Assembly (NCBI GenBank): GCA_035525285.1
Contig: DATLFB010000044.1
Span: 20,293-84,292 of the forward strand
Source of the DNA: Thermoanaerobaculia bacterium
GTDB taxonomy: Bacteria > Acidobacteriota > Thermoanaerobaculia > Gp7-AA8
DNA: 64,000 bases
Direction: 5' to 3'
The notes under the pieces were generated by a model. It saw only the letters and a list, made by a program, of their open reading frames with translations. It searched no databases and was not told the DNA's origin. This document shows positions 1-7,640 of the stretch, piece after piece (position 1 is the first letter of the stretch; each line of letters opens with the position of its first letter). Made by a program: the position numbers and the translations under genes.

Positions 1-117
1 AGTTCTGAACTCAGGTCTAACTCGCATCAGAGGAAGCAACAAGCTCAGGGCGAGATGCACGGCAAGAGTCAAACCACTCGCAGCGACGGACTCTAAATCG
101 ACCACGGAGACATAACA

Positions 118-1227
118 ATGGCTGATAAATTCAAGATTTTGCACATTACTACCGGTGGGACGATTGTCGGCCACGTCGCAGCCGACCAACACGACGAACA
201 AATGATCCGCGCAGACGAATTCTCCTCCCTCGTTGGACCGACGGTCGGGTACCTAAACCGGAAACGCGGACTCGATATTGAGATCGACACCGTGGCGCTA
301 TGTGCCGTTGATAGCTCGAACATTCTTCCTCAGCATTGGGCGCAGCTGGCGGCGCTGATTAAGGAGAAGTATGATGAATACGAGTCGTTCATTATCAGCC
401 ACGGAACGAATACTCTAGGGTACACGTGCGCTGCGCTCTCGTTCTCGCTCGCGAACCCGAGCAAGCCAATTATCTTGACCGGTTCTCAAGTACCGGCCGG
501 CTTGCCCGGCTCTGACGGGTTGACCAACCTTGAGAATGCGTTACGCGTTGCGGTTTGGAAGCGTGAAAGGAATCCGATCAAAGGAGTGATGGCAGTTTTT
601 GGAAGCCACATTATTACCGGCACCAGAGTGAAGAAGCACACGGAGTTTAACTACGACGCCTTTGAGTCGTTCGGCGCCGGAAGCCTAGGGCGAATCGGCC
701 GAATCATCAAGTTCGACGAGACCAATTTGCAGAAGCACGCCACCTATCTAAGTACGGGCCTTTATCCTGAGGCGCGAAGGGCGGCGGATCTGCGTTGCGA
801 GAATGACTTCGACATGCGAATTGCGTCACTTACTGAGTTTCCAGGAATGTCTTCAGAGTTCTTTGCCAGCCTCGTTGAGAATAACGACGTTAAGGGGTTC
901 ATCCTTAGGTCTTTTGGTGCCGGAGATCCGTGTACGAACCACCGCTCCGCATTCGAATATCTGAAGAGCAGAGAGATTCCGCTGGTCGTTACTACCCAGG
1001 CACCGAATGGCAATAGTAATTTTCAGGTGAATGAGCCGGGGAAAATGTTAAGAGACGAGAAATTGGCCATACCTGCTTTTGACATGAGCATCGAGTCACA
1101 AACGACCAAACTGGCCTGGCTCTTGGCTAAGAGGAACAAAGGCCTACTCAACTACCATCAGATTCATGAGGAAATGGTTCACGACATCCGTGGTGAACTC
1201 AATGTGCTCTGGGAGGTCGGGATCTAG
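118..1227 (+). CDS. L-asparaginase family protein (type I / GatD-like)
   Basis: 369-aa ORF. It has an N-terminal ILHITTGGTI (asparaginase TGGTI catalytic-Thr motif) and ISHGTNTL (HGTDT-like second motif). GGAGA lies 8 nt upstream of the ATG. G+C is clearly lower than everything right of ~1260. Confidence 0.85.
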   Translation: MADKFKILHITTGGTIVGHVAADQHDEQMIRADEFSSLVGPTVGYLNRKRGLDIEIDTVALCAVDSSNILPQHWAQLAALIKEKYDEYESFIISHGTNTLGYTCAALSFSLANPSKPIILTGSQVPAGLPGSDGLTNLENALRVAVWKRERNPIKGVMAVFGSHIITGTRVKKHTEFNYDAFESFGAGSLGRIGRIIKFDETNLQKHATYLSTGLYPEARRAADLRCENDFDMRIASLTEFPGMSSEFFASLVENNDVKGFILRSFGAGDPCTNHRSAFEYLKSREIPLVVTTQAPNGNSNFQVNEPGKMLRDEKLAIPAFDMSIESQTTKLAWLLAKRNKGLLNYHQIHEEMVHDIRGELNVLWEVGI

Positions 1228-1313
1228 CTACTTCTCGGTGCAAAACTCCGGTTTATCTATCTACTCGTGCTGTCAGATCACCGGCCCTCTGCGTACGCTC
1301 TGCGTACGCCCCC

Positions 1314-2004
1314 TCACCCCACCCCCCGCGCCATCTGCAGGTACGTCCAAATGTGCTCGCCGTAGTACTTCCCGCTTTCGTCCCGGTACCCCTGCTTGAA
1401 CTTCTTCGCGAAGTTCACTTTGCCGCGGTTGTACGCGATGGTGACGTAGGCCATCTCCTCCGGCGTCAGCGTCTTCTTCCTGCTGCCGTAGGCGCGTTTG
1501 AGGGCGGCTTTCAGCTCCGAGACGCAGAGCGCGAGGCATGCGTCGAAGCTGGCCCACTGCCGGTCGAGGAAGAAGCGCGGGTTCTTCGGGAAGAACTGGA
1601 TGTCGTACTGGAAGATCCCGAAGCCGTGGCAGAACTTGTTCGGATTCATCCGCGCGACCTCGTCGTAGCGCGAAGAGTGCTGGCCGATGTCTTCGAGCGC
1701 CTTGCGTGCGACGGCGAACATCGCCTCCCCGCCTTTTGATCGCGACCAGGTCCGCCTTGCGCTTCGGGAATGCGGAGCGGTTCGGCGCATCGAGCGTGTC
1801 ACCGGCGCAGAGCGCGAGGACTTCGTCCTTCGACAGCCTCCGGTAGAGGTCACCCCAGAGGTAGAAAGTCTCCTGCATCGCGAGCGCGGTCACCAGGTCG
1901 GGACTGAAGGGGGTTTCCGCGAGAGCGGCCGTGACGTCGTCGCCGAATTCGTGTTTGAACCAGGCAATCGCATCGGTCATTTTCGACATCGGTCTGACCT
2001 CCAT
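1314..2004 (-). pseudogene. SLT/GH23-like lytic transglycosylase (lysozyme superfamily), interrupted by a 1-nt frameshift
   Basis: ORFs 1273..2004 and 1314..1853 each carry half of one protein. The first reads MSKMTDAIAWFKHEF..ALAMQETF..KADLVAIK. One frame over, the second reads GGEAMFAVARKALEDIG..CHGFGIFQYD..VTIAYNRGKV. QET, GIFQ and AYNRG resemble the E-S, GLMQ and AYNxG motifs of SLT domains. The frames meet at the T4 run 1735..1738 (A4 on the coding strand), with one extra base. Confidence 0.6.
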
Positions 2005-2034
2005 GAGAGGGGGACGGCGGCCGGGCCGGCCGCG

Positions 2035-2258
2035 TTACCCTTTCGGCGGGAACGGATCGTGGCCATAGCTGTTGCGCGCGCGGATGCGGCCGTTGCGTCC
2101 GTGGATGAAGTGCTCCGAGCGCGCCTTGCGGGCCATGGCGCGCCCGGCGCGGATCGCGTCGCGCTGGCGGCGGAAGATTTCGCGCGCGCCGTTTTCGAAG
2201 GGGCGCTTGTTCGCCCAGCGGCGGTCCAGGGAACCGTGTGGATGTTTCGAGGATTCAT
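2035..2258 (-). pseudogene. DUF2188-family small protein with an apparent 1-nt deletion
   Basis: AAAGGAG lies 8 nt before the ATG at 2258 and gives MNPRNIHTVP. The sensible reading then continues one frame over as LDRRWANKRPFENGAREIFRRQRDAIRAGRAMARKARSEHFIHGRNGRIRARNSYGHDPFPPKG, with a stop at 2035..2037. HGRxGRI..SYGxDPFPPKG is the DUF2188 C-terminal signature. The switch is at the C3 run (plus 2228..2230). The length of 224 nt is not a multiple of 3. Confidence 0.6.
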
Positions 2259-2409
2259 GACGTTGGCTCCTTTCGTTTTTGGGAGCGACAAGCGAAGTTG
2301 CCTGTCGGCAGGGGGTTCCTCGCCGTCGGAGCCTGCCCTGAGCGCAGTCGAAGGGCGGCTCGGGGGGCGGCAGGGAGTCACACCTCGAGGCGGATGCGCG
2401 TCATCGCCA

Positions 2410-3996
2410 TCACCTCCTCACCAGGTTGCAGCCGAACATCGAGTTCGGGGGAACGTTCTCCCCTTTCCAGCCGAGTGTGAAATAGCCGGCGGGCGCGGCG
2501 TACGTGACGAGCTCGGACGGCGACATGCGCGCGCCTTCGGATCCGAACGCCGGCGCGACCGAGGTGTCCGAGAGCTCCTCCGGCAGATGAACGACGATCT
2601 CCACGCGCGCGATCGGGCGGTCGGCGCGCGAGGCGCGGGTCAGCAGCTCGTCCCGGCCGTCCGCCACCAGACGTAAGGCGCCGGCCACCGCGTCGCGGAC
2701 CCGCAGCGTGACCGGTGCGCGTGGATCTCCCGCAACGATCGGCGCGCGGAAGAACAGCAGGTACTCACGCGCGTCGCCGCTCTGATCGGGGATCGGGACG
2801 AGGTCGAAGGGGATCGCAAGCGAGGATGCGTCGAACACTTCGCACTGCGTCTTCTGCAGGTCCGGCGCGGCGGCCGGCGTCAACTGGATGCGATAGCAAT
2901 GGACCGGCTGATCGCTCGCACGAAAGACGATCTCGTGCCGGATGTCGTCCGGCCCTCGCCTCTCCGGACGCGCCTGCGACGCGCCGGTGATGATCATCCG
3001 CAGCGACAGAATCTCGAAGCCGACGCTCTCGTGCTGCTTCTGGTACATCGTGCGCAGCGCGCCGGTCACGTCGCGCAGACGGCGCTGCGGGAATTGCGCG
3101 CTGACGCCGGGGTCGTTCGTCAGCGGGCTGCGTGCGCGCTCCTCCACCTTCGAGCAGCGCTCGGCGTAGTCGCGAAAGAATCGCTCCGCGAGGAGCCTGG
3201 TCTCGCGATACTCGGCGCCGAGACCCGCGCCGAGGGCGCGAGCGAAATCGAACGAGCCGGCGTCGGTGTGAATCACGAAGTTGTTCGGCCCGAGCTCGAG
3301 CTGCGCGCGCAGCACCGACGACCTCATGGCCGTCTCCACCAGTGCGCGCGCGAAGCCGGCGAAGCTCGTCAGCGGCGAGGCCGCGCGCGAGAGGCCGAAG
3401 GTGATGCCGACCACCTCCCCCGACTCCGCGGCATACGTCAGCTCCTCGGAAGGGAGGTTCTCACAGATGCCGCCGTCGACGACGACGCGGTAGCCCGCAT
3501 GCGCCGCATCGGGCGCGGTGCGGAAGAAAAACGGGATCCCAGCGGAGTCCATGATGCTGCTGATCAGCGGCTCGTTGGGCGCCGCGTAGACACACGGCTG
3601 CATGTTCGTCAGATCGGCCGCGACGACGATCAGCGGGATCTCGAGGTCGCCGAGGGTCTCGCGATGCGCGAGCAGGCGTCGAAGCAGCGCGCGCAGCGGA
3701 GCGGGGCTCCAGAACGGCTGGCGGCGGAACAGCTTCCATAGAGAGCGCAACGGACCGATGGGAGGAAAGGCGTCGAGGAGCGTTTCGCGTTCGGCTTCGA
3801 ATGCGTCGCGCGCGCGGCGCATGTCCACGCCCGCGGCGTAGAGCGCGCCGGTGATCGCGCCCGCCGACGTTCCGGCGATGCGCGTCACGCGCAGCGCGCC
3901 TTCCCGTTCGAGCGTCTGCACCGCTTCGAGCGCGGCGATCAGATAGGTGATCTTCGCGCCGCCGCCCTGCAGTGCCAGTTGGATGGGGATGGTCAT
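2410..3996 (-). CDS. patatin-like phospholipase with an uncharacterised ~270-aa C-terminal domain
   Basis: 528-aa ORF. LALQGGGAK (oxyanion GGGxK), GTSAG (GxSxG nucleophile) and VVVDGGICENLP (DGG Asp) all fall in the first ~250 aa. I recognise no motif in the rest. Confidence 0.85.
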   Translation of the reverse strand: MTIPIQLALQGGGAKITYLIAALEAVQTLEREGALRVTRIAGTSAGAITGALYAAGVDMRRARDAFEAERETLLDAFPPIGPLRSLWKLFRRQPFWSPAPLRALLRRLLAHRETLGDLEIPLIVVAADLTNMQPCVYAAPNEPLISSIMDSAGIPFFFRTAPDAAHAGYRVVVDGGICENLPSEELTYAAESGEVVGITFGLSRAASPLTSFAGFARALVETAMRSSVLRAQLELGPNNFVIHTDAGSFDFARALGAGLGAEYRETRLLAERFFRDYAERCSKVEERARSPLTNDPGVSAQFPQRRLRDVTGALRTMYQKQHESVGFEILSLRMIITGASQARPERRGPDDIRHEIVFRASDQPVHCYRIQLTPAAAPDLQKTQCEVFDASSLAIPFDLVPIPDQSGDAREYLLFFRAPIVAGDPRAPVTLRVRDAVAGALRLVADGRDELLTRASRADRPIARVEIVVHLPEELSDTSVAPAFGSEGARMSPSELVTYAAPAGYFTLGWKGENVPPNSMFGCNLVRR

Positions 3997-4040
3997 GATC
4001 GTTCTCGGCTGGACAGCAGGATTGCCTGTCCTCCACCTCG

Positions 4041-4070
4041 GGAGGGCCGGCGCGCGCGCACCGGCCCTCC
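4041..4070 (-). other. GC-rich hairpin between the small basic ORF and the patatin gene
   Basis: GGAGGGCCGG-N10-CCGGCCCTCC forms a perfect 10-bp stem just after the stop at 4079. There is no U-tract, so attenuator, terminator or RNA-stability roles are all open. Confidence 0.3.
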
Positions 4071-4078
4071 GTCGAACC

Positions 4079-4264
4079 TCAGAGGTCCTTCCCCGCCTTG
4101 AACTGCGCCTTGACGCGGCGCGGTGCGGGTTTTGCCGCAGTGCGGGTGGGACGCTCCCTGGTTTTCGTTTTGCTGGTTTTTGTCTTCGTGGTTTTCGCCT
4201 TCGCTTTCGCGGGCGACTCCTGGGAGGCGGACGCCTCCTGGACTTCCTTGTAGTTCGTGGACAT
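4079..4264 (-). CDS. small Lys/Ala/Thr-rich basic protein (61 aa)
   Basis: AAAGGAGAAGCC precedes the ATG at 4264, directly after the TGA of the upstream ORF. The composition (AKAKAKTTKTKTSKTKT) is like histone-H1 tails. No family assigned. Confidence 0.5.
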   Translation of the reverse strand: MSTNYKEVQEASASQESPAKAKAKTTKTKTSKTKTRERPTRTAAKPAPRRVKAQFKAGKDL

Positions 4265-4278
4265 GGCTTCTCCTTTCT

Positions 4279-4608
4279 TCAGATGAGGTCGAATCCGACG
4301 AGACGATTGACGACCGCGCCGGCGGCACGCGTGGCCGCGTCGATGGTCTGTCGCGCGGTGAGCAGGCCGAGGCCCTGCACGGTGCGCAGGACGGTGAGCG
4401 CGGTGGTCTGCTGCATCCGCACGAGCTCCGTCGCGCGCGACTGATCGATCGTGCCGTCCGACAGAAGCTGGTTCACGTCTTCCAGCGTCTGCGCGAGCTT
4501 GCGCAGCTCGGCCTCGGCGATCGCACGAATGGCGGGCCAGCGGTCGGAGACCGCATTCGCGGCCGCCTCGCGCATGGTGGTGGTGAGCGCATTCACGTCG
4601 ATGTTCAT
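4279..4608 (-). CDS. hypothetical protein (109 aa, predicted all-helical)
   Basis: Non-junk composition. Its ATG overlaps the stop of the upstream lipoprotein gene (ATGA at 4605..4608). Confidence 0.6.
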   Translation of the reverse strand: MNIDVNALTTTMREAAANAVSDRWPAIRAIAEAELRKLAQTLEDVNQLLSDGTIDQSRATELVRMQQTTALTVLRTVQGLGLLTARQTIDAATRAAGAVVNRLVGFDLI

Positions 4609-5042
4609 GGCGCGCTCTCCTTCCGCTTCTTCGCGTTCTCGAGCTGCACGAGCATGCGGAACTGCGTGTCGAACAGCGTCCGCACGACGTCGATCTCCTG
4701 CCGCGAGATTCCGGCGGCGTGCATGCCTTCGAGCCGGCCGACGTTGTCCTCGATGAGGCGGAGGGACTCGATCGTCAGCTCGTTGCCGCGTTGCAGACTG
4801 GCGGCGTTGCGCAGGACGTCGAGATCACCGCGCACGTCTTCGTAGAAGTCCGCGTGCTGCTCGTATGCGCCGGCGCCGGTGCCGGCCGTGGTCTGCAGCT
4901 CGATCAGAAAGGCGTGGACCTTCTGTTGCAGCGCAACCGCACCGCCGTCGATGACCTCGTCGTATCCGGCGATGAAGTACGACGAGCAGCTCAGAGCGAA
5001 GGCTCCGAGGGCCAGGAGGACTGCTTTGAGATGCTTGCGCAT
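4605..5042 (-). CDS. putative lipoprotein (145 aa)
   Basis: Signal peptide MRKHLKAVLLALGAFALSC with an L-S-C lipobox. GAGGAGG lies 5-6 nt upstream of the ATG at 5042. Confidence 0.65.
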   Translation of the reverse strand: MRKHLKAVLLALGAFALSCSSYFIAGYDEVIDGGAVALQQKVHAFLIELQTTAGTGAGAYEQHADFYEDVRGDLDVLRNAASLQRGNELTIESLRLIEDNVGRLEGMHAAGISRQEIDVVRTLFDTQFRMLVQLENAKKRKESAP

Positions 5043-5290
5043 GGCATCCTCCTCACTTCTTCTCGGCCGCGGTCCCGCTCTGCGGCGGCGTGCCGGCCGG
5101 CGCTGCCGGTTGTTCCGGAGCGGCCTTCGTCTTCGAGCGGCTCGCCACGCTTCATGTTGTCGAGATGCGGCATCAGCACCTGCCGTTCGGTTTTGCGCGC
5201 GAACGTCTTCGCGAACTGATAGACCTGCAGGGCGAGCTGCCCGACAGTGGCGCGCTTGACGGCGATCGTGTGGCGAACGGCCCGCTCCAT
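4991..5290 (-). CDS. hypothetical protein; both ends uncertain (possible frame breaks)
   Basis: The core MERAVRHTIAVKRATVGQLALQVYQFAKTFARKTERQVLMPHLDNMKRGEPLEDE looks coding. The 3' third turns Arg-rich and junk-like. A neighbouring frame instead gives AAPEQPAAPAGTPPQSGTAAEKK with a stop at 5054..5056, just before the next gene's RBS. Coding-like sequence also continues upstream of the ATG, up to the TGA at 5381..5383. Confidence 0.35.
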   Translation of the reverse strand: MERAVRHTIAVKRATVGQLALQVYQFAKTFARKTERQVLMPHLDNMKRGEPLEDEGRSGTTGSAGRHAAAERDRGREEVRRMPCASISKQSSWPSEPSL

Positions 5291-5548
5291 GATTCCCAGC
5301 TCGTCGGCGACGGGTGTGAACGCCGTCGCGAAGCTGGCTGCGTCGCGCAGCTCCGCCGGCTCAACGAGCCCGGACTGGTGTCATTGAATTTTCTCTCCTT
5401 GACATTTGGATTCCTGCGCAGTGCGAGCAATCCAGGATCTGTACCCTATAAGAGTCAAGTGATGTTTTAAGATGCACCATAAAATCTTTAGCTCGGCTCC
5501 TGAGATTCCTGGCTCGCGCCCTGAAAATGGAAAGTGGAGGAGGGATCT

Positions 5549-5677
5549 ATGACTGGCGTCCGACGTGAGAGATCCGGCTGCGCTTCAATGACGGTTCGAC
5601 GCGCGATCGAACGGTCTTCAGCTCGAGAGCCAGGAAGCATCAGGTCGAAAGCTGAGGCTCCTTACCTTTCACAGTAA
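5549..5677 (+). CDS. candidate 42-aa small ORF in the low-G+C intergenic region
   Basis: A strong SD (GGAGGAGGG) lies 4 nt upstream of the ATG at 5549. The product is MTGVRRERSGCASMTVRRAIERSSAREPGSIRSKAEAPYLSQ. There is no other support. Confidence 0.2.
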   Translation: MTGVRRERSGCASMTVRRAIERSSAREPGSIRSKAEAPYLSQ

Positions 5678-5797
5678 ACGGTTTAGCATGTCCGCCAAGG
5701 GTGGCTGGCTCGCGCGTCAAGGCTCGTTACCTCACGCGCCAGGAACCGTTAGCTCGACAGCCGAGACCTCCCGGCAAGCACCCTGAGAGTGTTAGTG

Positions 5798-5821
5798 CGC
5801 GAGTCAAGCATCCTTGACTCG
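5798..5821. promoter_or_regulatory. perfect 10-bp inverted repeat (GCGAGTCAAG-catc-CTTGACTCGC) upstream of the XRE gene; candidate operator
   Basis: Read directly from the sequence. It contains two of five GTCAAG/CTTGAC hexamers clustered in 5398..5817. Confidence 0.3.
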
Positions 5822-5918
5822 CACTCCAAGCCCCGCTAGCTCGTGTGCTAACAATGGAATGCGACCCGGTTGGATACACGTGCTTCTTTCAGGATGCATC
5901 CTGTGCTACCCTGCTTTC

Positions 5919-6353
5919 GTGCTTCATGACGAGGTGCGACATGCCCGGATCGCGGCGGGCCTGACTCAGTCGGCACTCGCGCGGCTCGCGGGGATCCCCC
6001 GCAAGCAGGTCCGGGCGCTGGAGAGCGGGGCGAACGTGACGCTGGCAACGCTACGCCAGATCGTGGCTGCGCTCCCGAACCTCAAACGCGTCACCCTCGG
6101 CGGCCTGGAGATCGCGGTGGCGAACGCCGATCTGGAAGAGGCGCGCCGGGCGGCGCTGGACCTCTTCGACGTCGCGAAACGCCTCGTCGCGGCACTCGGC
6201 GCCGCGCCGGCCTCCGAGGAACATCCCCTCAGACGCGACCCTCCCGCGGGGGCGGTGCGGTACGAACCGGGTGCGGAGAGCGAGATGGAAACGGCTCGCA
6301 AGCTCGAGGCGATCGTGGAGAAGCTGCAGCAAGGGCGCCGGGATGATTCGTGA
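5919..6353 (+). CDS. XRE-family helix-turn-helix transcriptional regulator
   Basis: HARIAAGLTQSALARLAGIPRKQVRALESGANVTLATLRQIVAALP is a typical HTH_3 motif. The likely start is the in-frame GTG at 5919. The upstream part of ORF 5814..6353 looks non-coding. Confidence 0.75.
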   Translation: MLHDEVRHARIAAGLTQSALARLAGIPRKQVRALESGANVTLATLRQIVAALPNLKRVTLGGLEIAVANADLEEARRAALDLFDVAKRLVAALGAAPASEEHPLRRDPPAGAVRYEPGAESEMETARKLEAIVEKLQQGRRDDS

Positions 6354-6404
6354 GGGCGCGGGCGCAAAAGTGGTGTTGACGAACGAGAAACGAGCGCGGG
6401 CGGT

Positions 6405-6605
6405 TCACGTGCGGCCGCGATGAACTGTGTCTCGCCGGTCGCCCACCTCTGCGACAGCACCTTGTCGCGCGATGCCAGATCGGGGTTGTACGTGAGCTCG
6501 ACACGAGCCGCGCCGCCGATCGGATCGGTGATGCTCGTCAGGTTCGATCCGATCTCGAGCCTGTCGTTGTAAGTCGTCGCCGGCATGTTGTAGCCGTACG
6601 TCGAC
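6405..6605 (-). pseudogene. orphan RHS/YD-repeat fragment (~67 codons)
   Basis: TYGYNMPATTYNDRLEIGSNLTSITDPIGGAARVELTYNPDLASRDKVLSQRWATGETQF parallels TRYTYSAAPAEFSAQIETATNLETITDPKDVATGGPARVKFGYTADQVTSQQWGSGETASF of the giant RHS gene (~14620..14760). It has no start codon and is truncated at the 19-bp repeat at 6609. Confidence 0.6.
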
Positions 6606-6608
6606 CTC

Positions 6609-6627
6609 AAACCGGCGCCGGTTGCTC
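6609..6627. repeat. 19-bp direct repeat, copy 1 (AAACCGGCGCCGGTTGCTC), containing the perfect 14-bp palindrome AACCGGCGCCGGTT
   Basis: Matches 7622..7640 with one mismatch. It overlaps the stop codon of ORF 6626..7576. Confidence 0.6.
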
Positions 6628-7576
6628 AGACAACGAGGCTCAGGCGATTGCACGCGCGCACCTGCTGCTGCAGAGCGCCAACGATCACGCTCGAAGCGAA
6701 ATCGACGATTTCCGTGTAGTCGAGCGATGCATCGTCGGCACGCGCATCAAGCCCGTCGTCGTACATGGGATGAGCCACCGGCGCGATGCCCACGACCATG
6801 GCGTCGCGATCGTCCAGGAAACGTCGCAGGGAGCCACGGAGAGAGTCCGTGCGGCCGAGGACCGATTCGATGCGCGGCCCGAGGAACGCTCCGCGGGCAT
6901 CGAATACGGACTCGAGCGCAAGCGCCAGCCGGATCACGGACATGAGGTCATCTTCCTCGCTGCGCGCCAGATACAACAAGTGAAACAGCGCGCTGGCCGT
7001 GCCCGTCGTTGCGAGTTGCTGAATGCCGATCCCCAGGTTGTCGTACCAGGCTTTTACGGCGGAGAGAGACAACGGCTCGATGGACGGCCACCCGTTGGCC
7101 ACAGCCCTGACCCATCCCAGTTCGAATACGCGGGCGTCGAAAACGAGCTCCTGGTTCTCGAGCACGCCGCAGGACCACCGCATGCGCCCGCCGAATGATC
7201 CTGGCACGGCCACATTCAGCATCAGGAACGACTCGTGAAGAAAGAGCGGTACGAACGCAGTCACGTCCATGGGGTGTGCGTTCTCGCGCGGATCGATGAG
7301 CTCCGCGAATACATCGACGAGAGGAGCCTCTTCGAGCGCTTCCTCCGCGTCCGGATCGATCTCGGCATTCGCGTCGAGGCGACGCCGTTCGAGAAGCGGC
7401 AACCAGTCGATCCGCATGCGGACGATGCCGCCTTCCATGGCCCAGGCGCGCTCGCTGAGAAGGTCCATCGCCTGCTCGAGAAGTTGTTGGTCGGCATCGT
7501 CGCAATTCCATCGTCGGTTGACGAAACACCGTTCATACGGATGGACTTGCAGGTGGATGGAAGTGATGACAGACAC
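6626..7576 (-). CDS. hypothetical protein (316 aa); C-terminal half resembles a degenerate HEPN-like helical domain
   Basis: Non-junk composition. ALFHLLYLARSEEDDLMSVIRLALALESVF..SLRRFLDDRDAMVVG resembles the HEPN layout ending in RxxxxH, but with Val where the His is expected. The GTG start is uncertain and has no clear SD. Confidence 0.55.
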   Translation of the reverse strand: MSVITSIHLQVHPYERCFVNRRWNCDDADQQLLEQAMDLLSERAWAMEGGIVRMRIDWLPLLERRRLDANAEIDPDAEEALEEAPLVDVFAELIDPRENAHPMDVTAFVPLFLHESFLMLNVAVPGSFGGRMRWSCGVLENQELVFDARVFELGWVRAVANGWPSIEPLSLSAVKAWYDNLGIGIQQLATTGTASALFHLLYLARSEEDDLMSVIRLALALESVFDARGAFLGPRIESVLGRTDSLRGSLRRFLDDRDAMVVGIAPVAHPMYDDGLDARADDASLDYTEIVDFASSVIVGALQQQVRACNRLSLVV

Positions 7577-7590
7577 GTATCAGTGTCTGT
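7569..7590 (-). promoter_or_regulatory. 8-bp perfect hairpin (ACAGACAC-N6-GTGTCTGT) enclosing the putative GTG start of ORF 6626..7576
   Basis: Read directly from the sequence. The start codon (plus 7574..7576) lies inside one arm. Confidence 0.3.
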
Positions 7591-7621
7591 TGTTCCTGAC
7601 CGTTCGTCAATCGCGCGGGTG

Positions 7622-7640
7622 AAACCGGAGCCGGTTGCTC
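7622..7640. repeat. 19-bp direct repeat, copy 2 (AAACCGGAGCCGGTTGCTC)
   Basis: One mismatch to 6609..6627. It lies at the very 5' end of the transposase reading frame. Confidence 0.6.

Noticed and set aside
1977-2381. 134-aa minus-strand ORF as a genuine protein
   Set aside because: Only its first 10 codons (after the internal ATG at 2258) make sense. The rest is Ala/Arg/Ser junk, while the neighbouring frame gives a clean DUF2188 signature.
5966-6610. 214-aa minus-strand ORF as an intact gene
   Set aside because: Only the first ~67 codons (the RHS fragment) look coding. The remainder is antisense to the XRE gene and junk-like.
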